Source of the DNA: an uncultured delta proteobacterium
Lineage (GTDB): Bacteria > Desulfobacterota > Desulfuromonadia > Desulfuromonadales > JACZKF01
Assembly: GCA_963816395.1 (NCBI GenBank)
Contig: CAWFKQ010000006.1
Location: forward strand, 287,231-351,230
Direction: 5' to 3'
Length of the DNA stretch: 64,000 nucleotides
In this document: piece after piece, positions 46,628 through 58,465 of the stretch
How positions within the stretch are numbered: position 1 is the first letter of the stretch
How the letters are laid out: each line of letters begins with the position of its first letter
Position numbers and translations under genes: made by a program
Notes under the pieces: generated by a model
Databases searched by the model: none
What the model was told of the DNA's origin: nothing
The model's input: only the letters and a program-made list of their open reading frames with translations

Positions 46628-47760
46628 ATGATTGCGGTTGCGGCCTATACCTTTGACAGGTATTCGGAAACCTTTATTCGCAACCACGCGCTAAAAATTT
46701 TCCCTGGTGAGACTGCTGCTGTCATTCTTGAAGCGGACAGTGTTTTTTTACCCGGTTTTGACTTGGAAAACGTCCTCTACTTTGGCCAGAGCAACTTGTT
46801 GTGGCCGGGTAAGCTCTCCAGTTTGCTTCGGCTGCTTGTAGGAGGATCGGTTTTTTATCGTGGCAGGGAGGCTGAAAAGCGTCTTGTTGGCTTTTTAAGG
46901 AAAATGGCGTCGAGGCCGTTTTGGCCGAGTACGGCCCAGTCGGTTGCGCGGTTGCTTCGGCGTGCCAAAAAGCTGGTGCCCGGCTGTATGTTCATTTTCA
47001 TGGTTACGATGCTTCCATGTTGCTGCGGCATTGGCATATTCGGTACAGCTATAAGCGACTTTTTGGGGAGCTGCGGGATTTATTTTTCCCTCCAATTTTT
47101 AGCCGGGAAGCTTTGCGACTCTTTGGGGATTTCGTCTGATAGCCGTATTCATGTCGTTCCCTGTTGTGTTGCGCCGGAGAGTTCCGTTGTGAGGAGGTAA
47201 GGGAGAGAAATCTTTGCTGGCTGTTGGTCGCTTTGTCCCCAAAAAAGCACCAGACAAGACGATCCAGGCGTTTGCTAAGGTGCTGGGCCTGTTCTCATCC
47301 GCCCGTCTTGAAATGATCGGTGATGGTGAGTTGCTGCCCAACTGCAGAGAACTGGTGAAAAATCTTGGGATTGAGCGCCAGGTTGTTTTTCATGGGAGCA
47401 AGCCCCATGCGTTTGTTAAAGAGCGGATGCGGGTAGCACAGCTTTTTTTGCAGCATTCTGTGCACTCGGCAGATGGCGATATAGAAGGTCTGCCGGTTGC
47501 CATATTAGAGGCCATGGCATCGGGCGCCGTCGTGGTTGCAACACAGCACAGTGGGATACCGGAGGCAATTGTTGACGGGGATTCCGGCTATCTGGTGCCA
47601 GAAAACGATATTGATGGGATGGCCCAGGCTTGCATCCGTTTATTGCGGGATAATGCGTGATGCAATCCATGCGCAAAAGGCGCGTCAGCGAGTGGAAATG
47701 TTTTTCACATGGATAGGCCAAGTCTCTCTATTGAGAAATATCATGGGGTTGAAGCTGTGA
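46628..47760 (+). CDS. GT4 glycosyltransferase (frameshifted)
   Basis: [39 protein letters not shown]. Confidence 0.85.
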
Positions 47761-48583
47761 TGACAAAGAGCCTGGTTTCTGTCGTCATTCCTAGTAAGAA
47801 TAGGCCGGATTTTTTGCTGGAAGCGCTCGAAAGTGTTTTTGCGCAAACCTATCAGAATCTTGAAATTATTGTTGTAGATGATGGGTCGATACCCTCTATG
47901 GAGCCGGTACTGAAAAGCCGCTATGGGGGCCGGATTCTTTTTCTGCGGAACGAAGAATCCCGGGTGCTCCAGTTGCTCGTAATGCTGGCGCGAGGTTGGC
48001 ATCGGGGAGTTTATAGCATTTCTTGATGATGACGATTTTGGTTGCCGGAAAAGATTGAAAAGCAGGTTATTGCTTTTATGGGTTTGAGAGATGAATTTGG
48101 CGTTGTTTATTGCGGCTTTGACTATATGTTAGATGGGAAGTTGTTTCCGGAAAAAACGTGTATAATAAAGTTGGCCGAATTTATCCCCAGTCATTGATCT
48201 GCTGCCCGGTTGGATCCCCTACTCCACTTATTTGTAAAAGATATTTCGATCAAACTGGTGGTTTTGATGAGCGATTATCAGCGTGCCAGGACTGGGACTT
48301 GTGGATAAGGCTTTCCAGAGCTTGTTGTTTTTTTCCCGTAATGGAAACTTTAGCCTTTTACAGGATTCATGGAGAGCAGATTTCTTCGGACATTTTAAAA
48401 AAAATCGACTCAAGGAAAACCTTTATAAAAAAGCATAAAGACACTCTTGAGATATTCCCCAAAATACTGTCAAGTCACTACGGCCGACTTGGGTCTCTAT
48501 GCCGTCTGGCAGACAGGGGCAAAGAATCTTTTTCCTTTTATATAAAATCACTTAAAAAAAATCTTTTCAATTTAATGCCTTAG
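47760..48583 (+). CDS. GT2 glycosyltransferase (frameshifted, AT-rich)
   Basis: [34 protein letters not shown]...QDWDLWIRL. Confidence 0.85.
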
Positions 48584-48714
48584 CCCATATCTTTCTTAGT
48601 TGTATCAGTGCGTCTGCTGATAAGGCACTGACAGAGAAATATGGGACAATAAAGTTTGGTGAATTTAGGATAATTAATTGATATTATGAACTTTGGCGTC
48701 AGGCTGGTGAAAAA

Positions 48715-49465
48715 TTGCATAAACTTCGAATAATCGCATTGATATCTGCCCACAACGAAGGGGATGTTATCCAGCGGGTGATCGGGGACCTTGTCACACA
48801 GGGAATAGAGGTTTATTTGCTGGATCACTGCTCCACAGATAATACAATTGGACAAGCTGCCAAGTGGCTAGGCAAAGGGTTACTTCATGTCGAGCTGTTT
48901 CCGGAGGAGGCGGGGTATCCTCAACTAAGCAAAGATAAATATATCTGGACAGACATTCTGAAACGCAAGGAAGAGCTGGCGGCGATGCTGGGTGCCGACT
49001 GGTACATTCACCACGACGCGGACGAGTTCCGCGAATCACCGTTCCCGGGTATCTCGCTTCGTTCCGGCATCTTCCTTGCGGACCTGCTGGGCTTCAACGC
49101 CATCGACTTTGCACTTTTGAATTTCAGGCCGACAGATAATAGTTTTGCCCCCGGTAGGGACGTACGGGAGAGTCTCCGATGGTTCGAGTGGGGGGAAGAG
49201 TTCAACAGCCTACAGATCAAGGCCTGGAAAAATACCGGCGGGACGGTCGATCTCACCACCCATGCAGGGCACTCGGTGCTCTTCCAGGGTAGGCAGACTT
49301 TTCCCGTTGAAGTTCATTCTGCGGCACTATCCCATCCGAAGCCAGCAGCACGGCCTTGAGAAGGTGCTCAAGCAGCGCAAGACCCGCTTTCTCCAGGAGG
49401 AGCGGGACAAAGGGTGGCATCTGCACTACGATGCGGTGCAGGAGGATACCAACTTTCCTCTATGA
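48715..49465 (+). CDS. GT2-like glycosyltransferase (frameshifted)
   Basis: HNEGDVI, LDHCSTD, WYIHHDADEF, LRHYPIRS. Confidence 0.75.
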
Positions 49466-49579
49466 CACGGCACAACTGCAAGCAATACCATGCTCTCAGG
49501 GTTAGAGTGTGGATCGTATGGTTCAGGATCAGAAACTTTTTCAGGTTCGTAGTCAAAACCCTGAAGTCCGGGAATCAAG

Positions 49580-50483
49580 ATGTCGGCAAATAATCCCCTC
49601 ATAAGCGTGATCATGCCCGCCTACAACCACCAAGCTTATGTCGGCGTGGCGATCGAGAGTGTGTTGACCCAGACGTTTTCAGACTTCGAGTTTATCATCG
49701 TTAATGACGGCTCTACCGATGCAACACTACAGGTGATTAACGGGTATAAAGATGATCGACTTAAAATAGTGGATCAGAAAAACCAGGATGCTTTTAATGC
49801 TATTAATAAAGGTGTGATGCAAGCCAGTGGCAAATACATTAGTATATTGAATTCGGACGATGTTTATCACCCTGAAAGGCTAGCAGTATTGTATCGTCTA
49901 GCTTCTTCCAATGGCTTTTGCTTTGCCTTTACCGGGGTAAATTACATCGATTCTAAGGGTGCTGGAATAATGGCCGATGACCCTCGGCAGCGGACCTACC
50001 AGAGGCTTCTCCGCCTGTATCGTGAATCAGGCAGTCTTTCGCTGGTCATGCTGTCGGGGAAATCTCGCTGTCACAACATCGAATTTCTTTATTGAGGCGG
50101 ATTTTGCACGAAGAGTCGGCGGGTTTTCTCCCTACCGGTATTGCCATGATTTTGATTTTATTTTCCGCGTCATGCGGGTAGCTCAGGCCGGTTCGATCCA
50201 TTTTCTTGATGAACAGCTGCTGGACTACCGTCTCCATGGTCGGAACACGGTGTACGAGAATTCAGGGAAAATGATACGTGAGACTGTCGATATACTGGCA
50301 TTATATGGTCCAGAGCATTTTTCCTGCGAATGGGATCGGTCTGTCTTTATTCATGCGGTCATTCCCCGGATGCGGGGCATCGCTGGTTCGCTCGAACAGA
50401 TGACAGGGACGGCAAGTTGGCGCGTTACCAAGTCCTTGCGGATGCTGCGGTCATTGATTGGCCGGTTTCCTGGATTTTGGTAA
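49580..50483 (+). CDS. GT2 glycosyltransferase (frameshifted)
   Basis: ISVIMPAYN, IVNDGSTD, LNSDD, HDFDF, YRLHGRNT. Confidence 0.85.
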
Positions 50484-51491
50484 TGGGCGATTTCATCAGG
50501 GCCTTGCGGCTTTTTATAGATAAAATTATCAGCAGTCCCGTGATTGTTGTCGATCGATTTAATCATGACGGTGGTGCCGACTACCCCGTAAGATATTTCT
50601 ATCACTATGAACGCTCAAATAGACGATATGTTCTATTTCACGAATTCATGCTTAAGTATGGGACGATCAAACTTTTACTTATCTTTCTGTTTGGTAGGCG
50701 GGTAATCATCAACAGCCTTCGCCAGCTTCTATATTGGCGAGTTCTTGTGCTGGTATTATTAAGATCGGATCTCTTTATATATCTTCACGAGACGAAATGG
50801 GTTTTTGATCGCATAAAAGAGGAGAATCCTTTTAAGTGCAGGATAATTATCTTTGTTCTCAAGCGAGTGAACCTATTATGCGTCTCCAGAATGCAGCAGG
50901 AATGGCTTTCTCAATTTGGCATAAAGAAAACAACAATAGTTTACAATACTATTGGTGAGAGATCGACTAATAGACCTACTGGGGAGCAAACAGTAGTAAT
51001 GGTCGGATCAATCCAGGCTTGCAAGGGGGTGACGCTGTTTTCCCGGGTTGCTGATCTTACCATCTCGAGTGCACTTCCCTGTAGGTTCGTCTGGGTTGGC
51101 GGAGGGGATATGGGGAATCCGAATCTCTGATTTTTCTCCCAATGTTCATTGGGTGGGCCATAAAGATCCGGTTTGTGTAGACAGGTTGCTGAAAGAAGCT
51201 GCACTGTTTTTCCTTTCGAGTAGTGACGATCCCTTCCCTTTGTCAGTTTTTGAGGCATTGGAGAATGGAGTGAAATGCGTCTGTTATGCCAATACTGGGG
51301 TGGCTGAAGTTGTTGGAGGTATCTCCGGTTGTGCTGTCTATACTGACTACACCGAGGATTCTGCACTAGCTGCAATACAACTTGCGATGGCTTCCCCCTT
51401 CGATCAGAATGCCGCCAGTTTATTGGTTGAAAGAACAGTCGGAATGGCTTCTTTTTCCGAGCGAATTAATTCTGCCATTGGTAAACCATAA
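50483..51491 (+). CDS. GT4-like glycosyltransferase (frameshifted)
   Basis: YLHE, MVGSIQACKG, FVWVGG, SSDDPFPLSVFEAL. Confidence 0.7.
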
Positions 51492-51503
51492 TTGGAGGAG
51501 TTT

Positions 51504-51694
51504 ATGGTTTTGAGCCACCCAATAATCATAGCCGAAATCGGATGTAACCATCTGGGAGACATGGCCGTCGCAAAAGAATTGGTCACTACAGCGGCCCTGT
51601 TCTGCAAGGTCGATGCTGTCAAGTTCCAGAAGCGGTGCAACCGGGAGTTGCTGACTCCTGAACAGTATAAAGCTCCTCATCCCAACCCGGCGAA
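51504..51694 (+). pseudogene. neuB: NeuB-family nonulosonate synthase, 5' fragment interrupted by IS
   Basis: IIAEIGCNHLGD..AKEL, DAVKFQKR, PHPNP then abrupt switch to IS sequence. Confidence 0.85.
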
Positions 51695-52523
51695 GGTAGA
51701 ATCCAGTTCAAAGTGCACCACTGAGGTAAGGGGCTAAAAAAGCAGGACATGACAGGGTTTCTGGTAATGTTGGAAGTGCCAACCACCAACAAATCAGAAG
51801 GAGCCCGCCATGTCCTACAGCCATTTTACTCTCCATGAGCGTTTTGACATCAAGCATTTGAAGGTCTCAGTCAGTTTACGGGAGATCGGTCGCCGTCTGG
51901 GACGAAGCCATACCTCTATCAGCCGGGAGCTCAAGCGCAACGGAGTGACTGTGCCAGAGTCTTATCAGCCCGAAGTTGCGCACAAAAAGTCATTGCAGCG
52001 ACAGTCGATTGCCCGGCACTATCGGCGGCAGGATCATGAACCCCTGCTGCGGTATGTGGAGGGCCGTCTGCGCATCGACTGGCCGCCGGCTGCCATCAGT
52101 GGACGGCTGAAGCTTCGCTATCCGAATGATCCAAAGATGCGGATCAGCCCTGAAACCATCTACCGCTGGGCCGCACTGGACAGCCGGCAGGGTGGTGAGT
52201 TGCATCGGCATCTGCGCCGTCGACACAAACACCGGCGGCGGCAAAAGCGCTACGGTGCGGGCCGCCGCTTCATCCTGGAGCGGGTGGGCATTGAAGAGCG
52301 TCCAGCCATTGCCAATGAGCGCAGCCGCTTCGGCGACTGGGAGGGCGATCTGGTAGCCGGCTCCCGCAGCACCAGGGCCATTGCTACCCATGTGGAACGC
52401 AAAAGCCGCTACCTGAAGGCCTCGCTCTTGGAGAACCGCAAGGCCGAAACCTTCAATACTGCGGCGATTCCGACCTACCTGCAGATGCCAAAGGCATTGC
52501 GTCGAGCGCCATTTCACGCTTGA
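51695..52523 (+). mobile_element. IS30-family element with C-terminally truncated transposase (51810-52523)
   Basis: IR-like left end [74 protein letters not shown]; second catalytic Asp region (DNG.EF) absent. Confidence 0.85.
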
Positions 52524-52695
52524 CCGGACCTGGAAAGGGACCGACCATGCGGCATCGCTGGAGCCGGACGGATGCGTCGGTTGGCCCGCGATTTGCGAAA
52601 CGTTAGCAAGGCGCTGACTTCGAAGCCGGAGGAGATCCTCGCCATTGAAAAAGTTCAGCGTCAGAAACTGAAGTGGGGGGCGTACAACCGTACCA

Positions 52696-53864
52696 ATGGA
52701 TAACAATTCTGACAAAACAGTCACTTTTATTCCGGTTCGGGGTGGGAGCAAGTCTATCCCACTGAAGAATATCAAGCCGATGGCGGGCAAGCCGCTGGTC
52801 CAGTGGGTTCTGGAGGCGACGTCGCGCGCTGCCTGCGTTGACTCTGTCTATGTGGCGACCGATGACGACCGGATAGCAGAAACCGTGCAGGCAATGCTCC
52901 TGCCAAAAGTGCAGGTGATCGGACGCTCTCCTGCAACGGCCACGGATACGGCCGCTACGGAATCGGCGCTGCTGGAGTTCTGCGAATCCCGGAGTTTCGG
53001 CCATGTTTTCCTGATCCAGGCGACCTCACCTCTACTTACCGCCGCAGATCTTCAGTCTGCCTGGAAGCATTACACTGATTCTGCGAATACTTCCGTGATT
53101 TCCGTCGTCCGGCAGAAACGCTTTTTCTGGGAGCAAGCAGCGGGTTCGGGGCGTCCGCTGAACTATGACCCACTTCGCCGTCCCCGGCGACAGGAATTCG
53201 CCGGGGTGCTGGTGGAAAATGGCGCTTTTTACCTCTCGTCTCGTGAGGCGGTATTGCGTGACCGCTGCCGACTGTCCCAGCCGACCGGTCTGTATGAAAT
53301 GACCGGGGCCAGTTACTTTGAAATTGATGAGCCGGCCGACTGGGTGATTGTGGAAGGACTGCTGAAGCAGCGGAATAAGGAATTGAGTCTTCGGGGGCAG
53401 AACGTCCGCTTGCTGGCGATGGACTGTGACTGGGTATTGACCGACGGTGGATGTACTACGGCGAGACGGCGAGGTGTACAAGAAATTCAACACCCGCGAT
53501 GGCAAAGGGATAGAACTGCTGCGCCAGGCGGGGTTCAGGACAGCGGTGATTACAGGAGAGAGACACCCCTTTTGTCCAGCGGCGGGCCGAGAAACTGGGT
53601 ATCGATTATGTGCTGATGGGTGCCACCGACAAATCCGCTGCTCTCAGGGAACTCTCCAGAATGTCAGGGGTTCCGGTGGAGCAGATGGCTTATATCGGCG
53701 ATGACGTCAACGATCTGCCGGCAATCGGAATGTGCGGTTTTTCTGATTGTCCCGCCGATGCCACCCCCGCGGTGCAAGCGGCAGTGCATATTGTTCTGGA
53801 TGCCAAGGGTGGTGAGGGTGCGGTCAGGTTGTTCGCGGAAATCTGTCTGGGCAATGCAGGGTAA
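52696..53864 (+). CDS. neuA: Acylneuraminate cytidylyltransferase fused to KdsC-like HAD phosphatase (frameshifted)
   Basis: IPVRGGSKSIPLKNIK, IQATSP, ENGAFY, EIDEPADW, then MDCD.VLTDG, FNTRDG, YIGDDVND. Confidence 0.85.
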
Positions 53865-54914
53865 AGTGCTTCTTCTCCGGCCAGTTGTGGCCCCGGGCAC
53901 ATCAGCGCCCTGGCCTATTGCGGGACCAGGGCGTAAGCGGAGAGGAATGCCAGGTTTTTTCTCGTACGATGACTCACATGAGGCGGAACGTCTCGGACTT
54001 GTGGAAAAAGAGATTTGCAGTGGTTTGGGATACAGATACCTGGGGGTTCGTGTCGGACGCCTGCCATTTCCCGGGCCTACTTCTCGGGGGAATCCTGCCT
54101 GCTTCCTGACCAGGAAAGACAATTTTTTCGCAAAAATGTCGGAATACTTCCTTGGCGGCATCTCTGCCGGGACGTTGATGCTTCCCTATCGGCCGAACAG
54201 GATCAGCGATGAATTTCTTCTGCACATGATCAATCCCGATGAAGTTCGTTACTACCAGGACGGCCTCTACCTAAAAACCGATGACAACAGCATAAGCAGA
54301 CTGTTCTTCCGTATGCGTCTGGTCTGGCAGGGTATGGGGGCCCCGTGAGTTTATCTTCACTTCCGTACCTTCCTGAAAGTGCTTGCTTACCAGGTTGTGG
54401 CGGCTATGTCACCCGCGAGAGCTATGCGCGTCTACATGACGATGTCGTGACGATTCTCTTCGGTAATAACCGGGATTGTGATGATTCTTACCAGACGATG
54501 CTTCTTTGGCAGGATCTCTATCCCCGTTTCGTAAAGGACAGCGATTCCCTTTTCAGTTTTTACAAAAAACTTATCGACCGGGAAGTCATAGCTGGGAACC
54601 GGGTCATCGTCAAGCCGCATCCCCGGAGCAGTCCGGCACAGCTGGAAAAGATAGGTCGCTTCATAACGGGTAGTTTCGGGGAAAAGGTCAGGCTGATTAC
54701 CGCTGAAGAGTTCATTGCCCTGCCTGCTGAAATTGTGGCAGACAGGTACCGGGTGAACCGTGTTGCGGGGGTATTGTCGACCGGGATGTTTCTGGTGGGA
54801 GGTATTCACGGTGCCGCTGTCGTGTCGTACTATGATTCTGTTTTTCCACAGAAATTGATCGACATAGTGCTGGCCCATAACAACTCTGCTGGTATCCAGG
54901 CGATTGCATTGTGA
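53854..54914 (+). CDS. Putative sialyl/nonulosonyl transferase (frameshifted)
   Basis: YYQDG (E/D-D-G-like), IVKPHPR, LPAE, ST motifs; directly after neuA. Confidence 0.5.
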
Positions 54915-56290
54915 GTGAAACGGGATTATTAATTCTCAACCTGTCAAGGCTATTCTCCTCGCCTCCGGCACCGGCGTCCGTTTCCAGGACCGCCAACCGA
55001 AACAGTTCATGAAGCTCGCCGGCCTGCCGGTGCTCGTCCATACCCTGAAGATCTTCGAGGACGCCCCCCTCATCGACGGAATCATTGTAGTTTCACATCA
55101 AGATTACATCGACGAAGTCTGGGAACTGGTGCACTTTCACTCTCTTTCGAAAGTCGATAAGGTGGTCGCAGGCGGCGCGACCCGGCAGGAATCGTCACGT
55201 ATCGGCATCGAATGTGCCGGAGACGGTACTTCGTATGTCCTCGTCCACGACTCGGTACGCCCCTTTCTCCCCCACAAGGTCATCGAGAGACTGGTCGAGG
55301 CGGTGAAGATACATGGCGCCGTCGACACGGTCATACCCTCGGCCGATACCCTCGTCGAGATCGACGGTGACGGCTTCATCCAAAGGATTCCCGACCGCTC
55401 CTCCTTCCGCCGCGGCCAGACCCCCCAGGCTTTCGATCAAGCTCATCCTGGAGGCGCATTCGCAGGCCGCGCGCGACGGGATCGTCAACGCGACCGATGA
55501 CTGCGCACTGGTGCTGCGGGCCGGTCATCCGGTCTACGTGGTGGAGGGGGATGAGCAGAACATCAAGATTACCTATCCGCTCGATCTGCACATTGCCGAC
55601 AAACTATTCCAATTGAATACTCTGACTCCGCCGTACTTGCACGCAGGACAGTCAATTTGAGGATAAGGTGTTTGTCATAATCGGCGGAACGCAGGGTATC
55701 GGCCGCTCGATAGCTGAATTGTTGCGCCGCAATGATTCGGCAAAAGTGTATGCCCTGGGACGGACGTCGCTCCCGCAATTGACCTCACTGATTATGGGGC
55801 TCTGAAGACAGTGCTCGGGGACATATTTGGCCGGGAAGGGCGCATCGATTACGTCATCAACTGCGCAGGCGATCTTATTCGAAAAAATGTGGCCAACATG
55901 TCCCTGGAAGAGTGGGACGCTCTTTACCGCGTTAACGTCTCGGGAAATTTTTATTTGGCCAAGGCTCTTATGCCAATTTGGGAGCAGCAGAGGTCGGGCA
56001 ACCTGATGCTAGTCGGCTCGAGCAGCTATACCCGCGGGCGGGGAGGGTATGCTGCCTACAGCAGTTCAAAGGCGGCACTAGTCAATTTCTGCCAAGCTCT
56101 TGCCGAAGAAGTGGACTGCTGGAACATCAAGGTCAATATTGCCAACCCCGGGCGGGTGCAGACCCAATTACGCTTCCGCAACTTCGGCCAGGAGCCATCC
56201 GAAAGCCTTCTCTCTCCCGACTACGTCGCCGAACAGATTGTCGCCGCCCTGACAATGGGCACCACCGGCAGCGTTTTTGAAATCCGCTGA
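54911..56290 (+). CDS. Bifunctional IspD/TarI cytidylyltransferase-SDR reductase (CDP-ribitol synthase-like; frameshifted)
   Basis: ILLASGTG.RF, PKQFMKL, HDSVRP, GQTPQAF, TDD, NIKITYPLDL, then IGGTQGIG, NCAG, YSSSKAA. Confidence 0.8.
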
Positions 56291-56313
56291 ATTTGTTTTT
56301 GAAATGGAGTCGC

Positions 56314-57057
56314 ATGTTTAAGAAAAGACACGGCTTTACTCTGAAGCAGGTGAACGAAAAGCTGGTCCTGCGCTCCTGGTGGGCCTCTTTCGGTGTGCTG
56401 CCATTGGCCAATCGCCTGGTGGTGCTGGTCTGCAACTACACCGAACTGACGCCAAACCAGATCACGGCTATATCCTCGGCCTTTCGCCTGCTTTCCGCTC
56501 TCTGCTTTTTGGGTGGCAGCCGCTGGGGCTTGGTTGCCGGCGCCCTCTGCTATTACCTGGCCTATGTCATCGACTGCGTCGATGGCCCGGTCGCCCGCCT
56601 CAAGGGCAAGACTTCCACGTTCGGCCGCTACTTCGACCATCTTTCTGATCTGCTCGGCGACATCTTGATATTAGCGGCGCTGGCCTACGGCCAGGGACTG
56701 CTGTTCACGCCGCTGGCTCTGGCCATGCTCTTTATGCATATGGCCGAATCCTACTTGTCATATCTAGCCAATTTGACGCTGGATTCTCGCTCTGGTCAGG
56801 AAAACCGCGGGCGGGAAAAGCAGGGATTCGAGCCCCTGAGGTGGTTCCGGAACTACCGCCGGTTTTTCTTTTCCCGAAATTTTAAGTCATTCCTGTCTTT
56901 CCCGGACTATGAAGCCTTAACCCTACTGGCATTTCCCCTTTTCGGCCTGCCGGTGCTCGGTCTGCAGGTGGGATTCCATCTGTTGCTGCTGACGACTCTA
57001 TACACAATCTTTTCTTCCTTCGTCTCGATCCACACCGGCGAGCGCCGCTTCCCCTGA
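56314..57057 (+). CDS. CDP-alcohol phosphotransferase family protein
   Basis: TPNQIT and D.VDG.VAR......S.FG.YFD..SD signature. Confidence 0.88.
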   Translation: MFKKRHGFTLKQVNEKLVLRSWWASFGVLPLANRLVVLVCNYTELTPNQITAISSAFRLLSALCFLGGSRWGLVAGALCYYLAYVIDCVDGPVARLKGKTSTFGRYFDHLSDLLGDILILAALAYGQGLLFTPLALAMLFMHMAESYLSYLANLTLDSRSGQENRGREKQGFEPLRWFRNYRRFFFSRNFKSFLSFPDYEALTLLAFPLFGLPVLGLQVGFHLLLLTTLYTIFSSFVSIHTGERRFP

Positions 57058-57069
57058 ACGGATTCTGAG

Positions 57070-57978
57070 TTGAAGTCCTTCAAAAAACACCACCACCAGA
57101 CCGACCAACCCCATCCATGCCCAGCCTGCGGAACCCCTGTCACCGATATCGCCTACATCTACGAAGACGGAGAAGAGAAGTCCGATTTCTTCCTCTGCTC
57201 TGACTGCACGTTCCTGTTCGCCCGCCCGGTCCTCATCCCTCAACTCGACAGCCGCCAGATGGACGGCATCGAAAACGCGGAGTTGTTCAACTCCCGCCTG
57301 CTGAAGTCCATCTACGTCAACTATTTCATCAAAAAGGAAATCAGGGCTCTGCGCCGAGCGAAAGGGGAGGGGACGCTGCGGCTGCTGGACATCGGTTGCG
57401 GCACCGGCTGGACGACGCGGGTCTATGCCGACCACGGCTTTGAGGTGACGGGCCTTGAACCCTCCCGGGTGCGGGCGGAGTATGCTCGAGAACATTACGA
57501 TATCGAGGTGGTGTGTGACTATATCGAAAATGTCGAGTTCAGGAATGAATTCGATGTCGTCGTGCTGCGGCACATCATCGAGCATTTTGCCGACCCCGGC
57601 GCGGTGCTGCGCAAGATCAGGGGATTTCTGAAAAAAGACGGTGTAGTGCTGGTCGTGGTGCCGAACATCAACTGTCTCGGCCGCTACCTATTCGAGACCA
57701 ACTGGGCCTGGGTTCTGCCCTGGCATTGCAATTTCTTCACTCCCCGATCGATACGCAGCTTGCTGAAACTCGAAGGATTCGAGGTCTCCGATTTCTACCA
57801 GACACCGTCGCCTCTCTACTACCCTGGCGCTTTGACGCGCACCTTTCCGAATCCGCTGGTGAAGTGGCTGATGGGGCGCAGCCGGGTCTTGTCCATGACC
57901 CTTTGCGCTCCGCTGGCGATAGCCGGCAAATGGCTGGGGATGGGGGATAATCTCAATGTCGTGGCTCGGTTGGAATAA
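57070..57978 (+). CDS. Class I SAM methyltransferase with N-terminal CxxC pairs
   Basis: CPAC..CSDC, LLDIGCGTG, GLEPS, HIIEH..DP, VPN. Confidence 0.85.
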   Translation: MKSFKKHHHQTDQPHPCPACGTPVTDIAYIYEDGEEKSDFFLCSDCTFLFARPVLIPQLDSRQMDGIENAELFNSRLLKSIYVNYFIKKEIRALRRAKGEGTLRLLDIGCGTGWTTRVYADHGFEVTGLEPSRVRAEYAREHYDIEVVCDYIENVEFRNEFDVVVLRHIIEHFADPGAVLRKIRGFLKKDGVVLVVVPNINCLGRYLFETNWAWVLPWHCNFFTPRSIRSLLKLEGFEVSDFYQTPSPLYYPGALTRTFPNPLVKWLMGRSRVLSMTLCAPLAIAGKWLGMGDNLNVVARLE

Positions 57979-58066
57979 GCCCTAAACGGCAACCCAGCCC
58001 ATCTTGTTGAGCCGGCGACCATCGACTAATCTGCCCTCCGTGGTTAATGTTCCAGGGCAGACTTGC

Positions 58067-58129
58067 GGGGTCAGGGTAACCTTTCTGCCATTCTCTCGAC
58101 CGCCCTGGACTGGCAACCACCCCGGGCAC
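58067..58129 (+). repeat. Inter-cassette direct repeat, copy 1
   Basis: GGGGTCAGGG-TAACCTTTCTGCCATTC-TCTCGACCGCCCTGGAC..ACCACCCC. Confidence 0.85.
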
Positions 58130-58259
58130 TGCCCCTCCGCCCTTTCCGCACAAGCCAGAGAGGAACTGAAGGCGTTATCCCCCCTGGGCCACCAACTGGA
58201 AATTATCTGCTGCCGCTTGCCAGGAGCCGGCTCAATCTCTCCCAGGATTGGACTAATAA

Positions 58260-58288
58260 TTGACATTGTGTAGCCAGTTGGCTACAAT
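58260..58288 (+). promoter_or_regulatory. Sigma70 promoter with overlapping palindromic operator
   Basis: TTGACA-17-TACAAT; TGTAGCCA-GT-TGGCTACA at 58269-58286; ATG 5 nt after -10 (probably leaderless). Confidence 0.75.
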
Positions 58289-58293
58289 TGCTC

Positions 58294-58450
58294 ATGCTTG
58301 AACTCCGCAAAACCGATATTTTTGTTGAATGGCTGGACAGTCTTCGGGATATTCGCGCAAAAGCGCCTATTCTGGTCAGGATAGAGCGACTTGCGGCGGG
58401 TAATCCAGGTGATGTTCAATAGACCGCCCTGCGTCTTGCACGTAACCTGT
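58294..58450 (+). pseudogene. RelE/HigB-like addiction-module killer protein with internal deletion
   Basis: MLELRKTDIFVEWLDSLRDIRAKA.ILVRIERLAAGNPGDV* then C-terminal TALRLARNL*; central part missing. Confidence 0.8.
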
Positions 58451-58465
58451 AGAAGAGGAAAAGTC

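Noticed and set aside
57982..58030. Minus-strand peptide VDGRRLNKMGW resembling the end of an NDP-sugar epimerase/reductase
   Set aside because: Too short to distinguish from chance.
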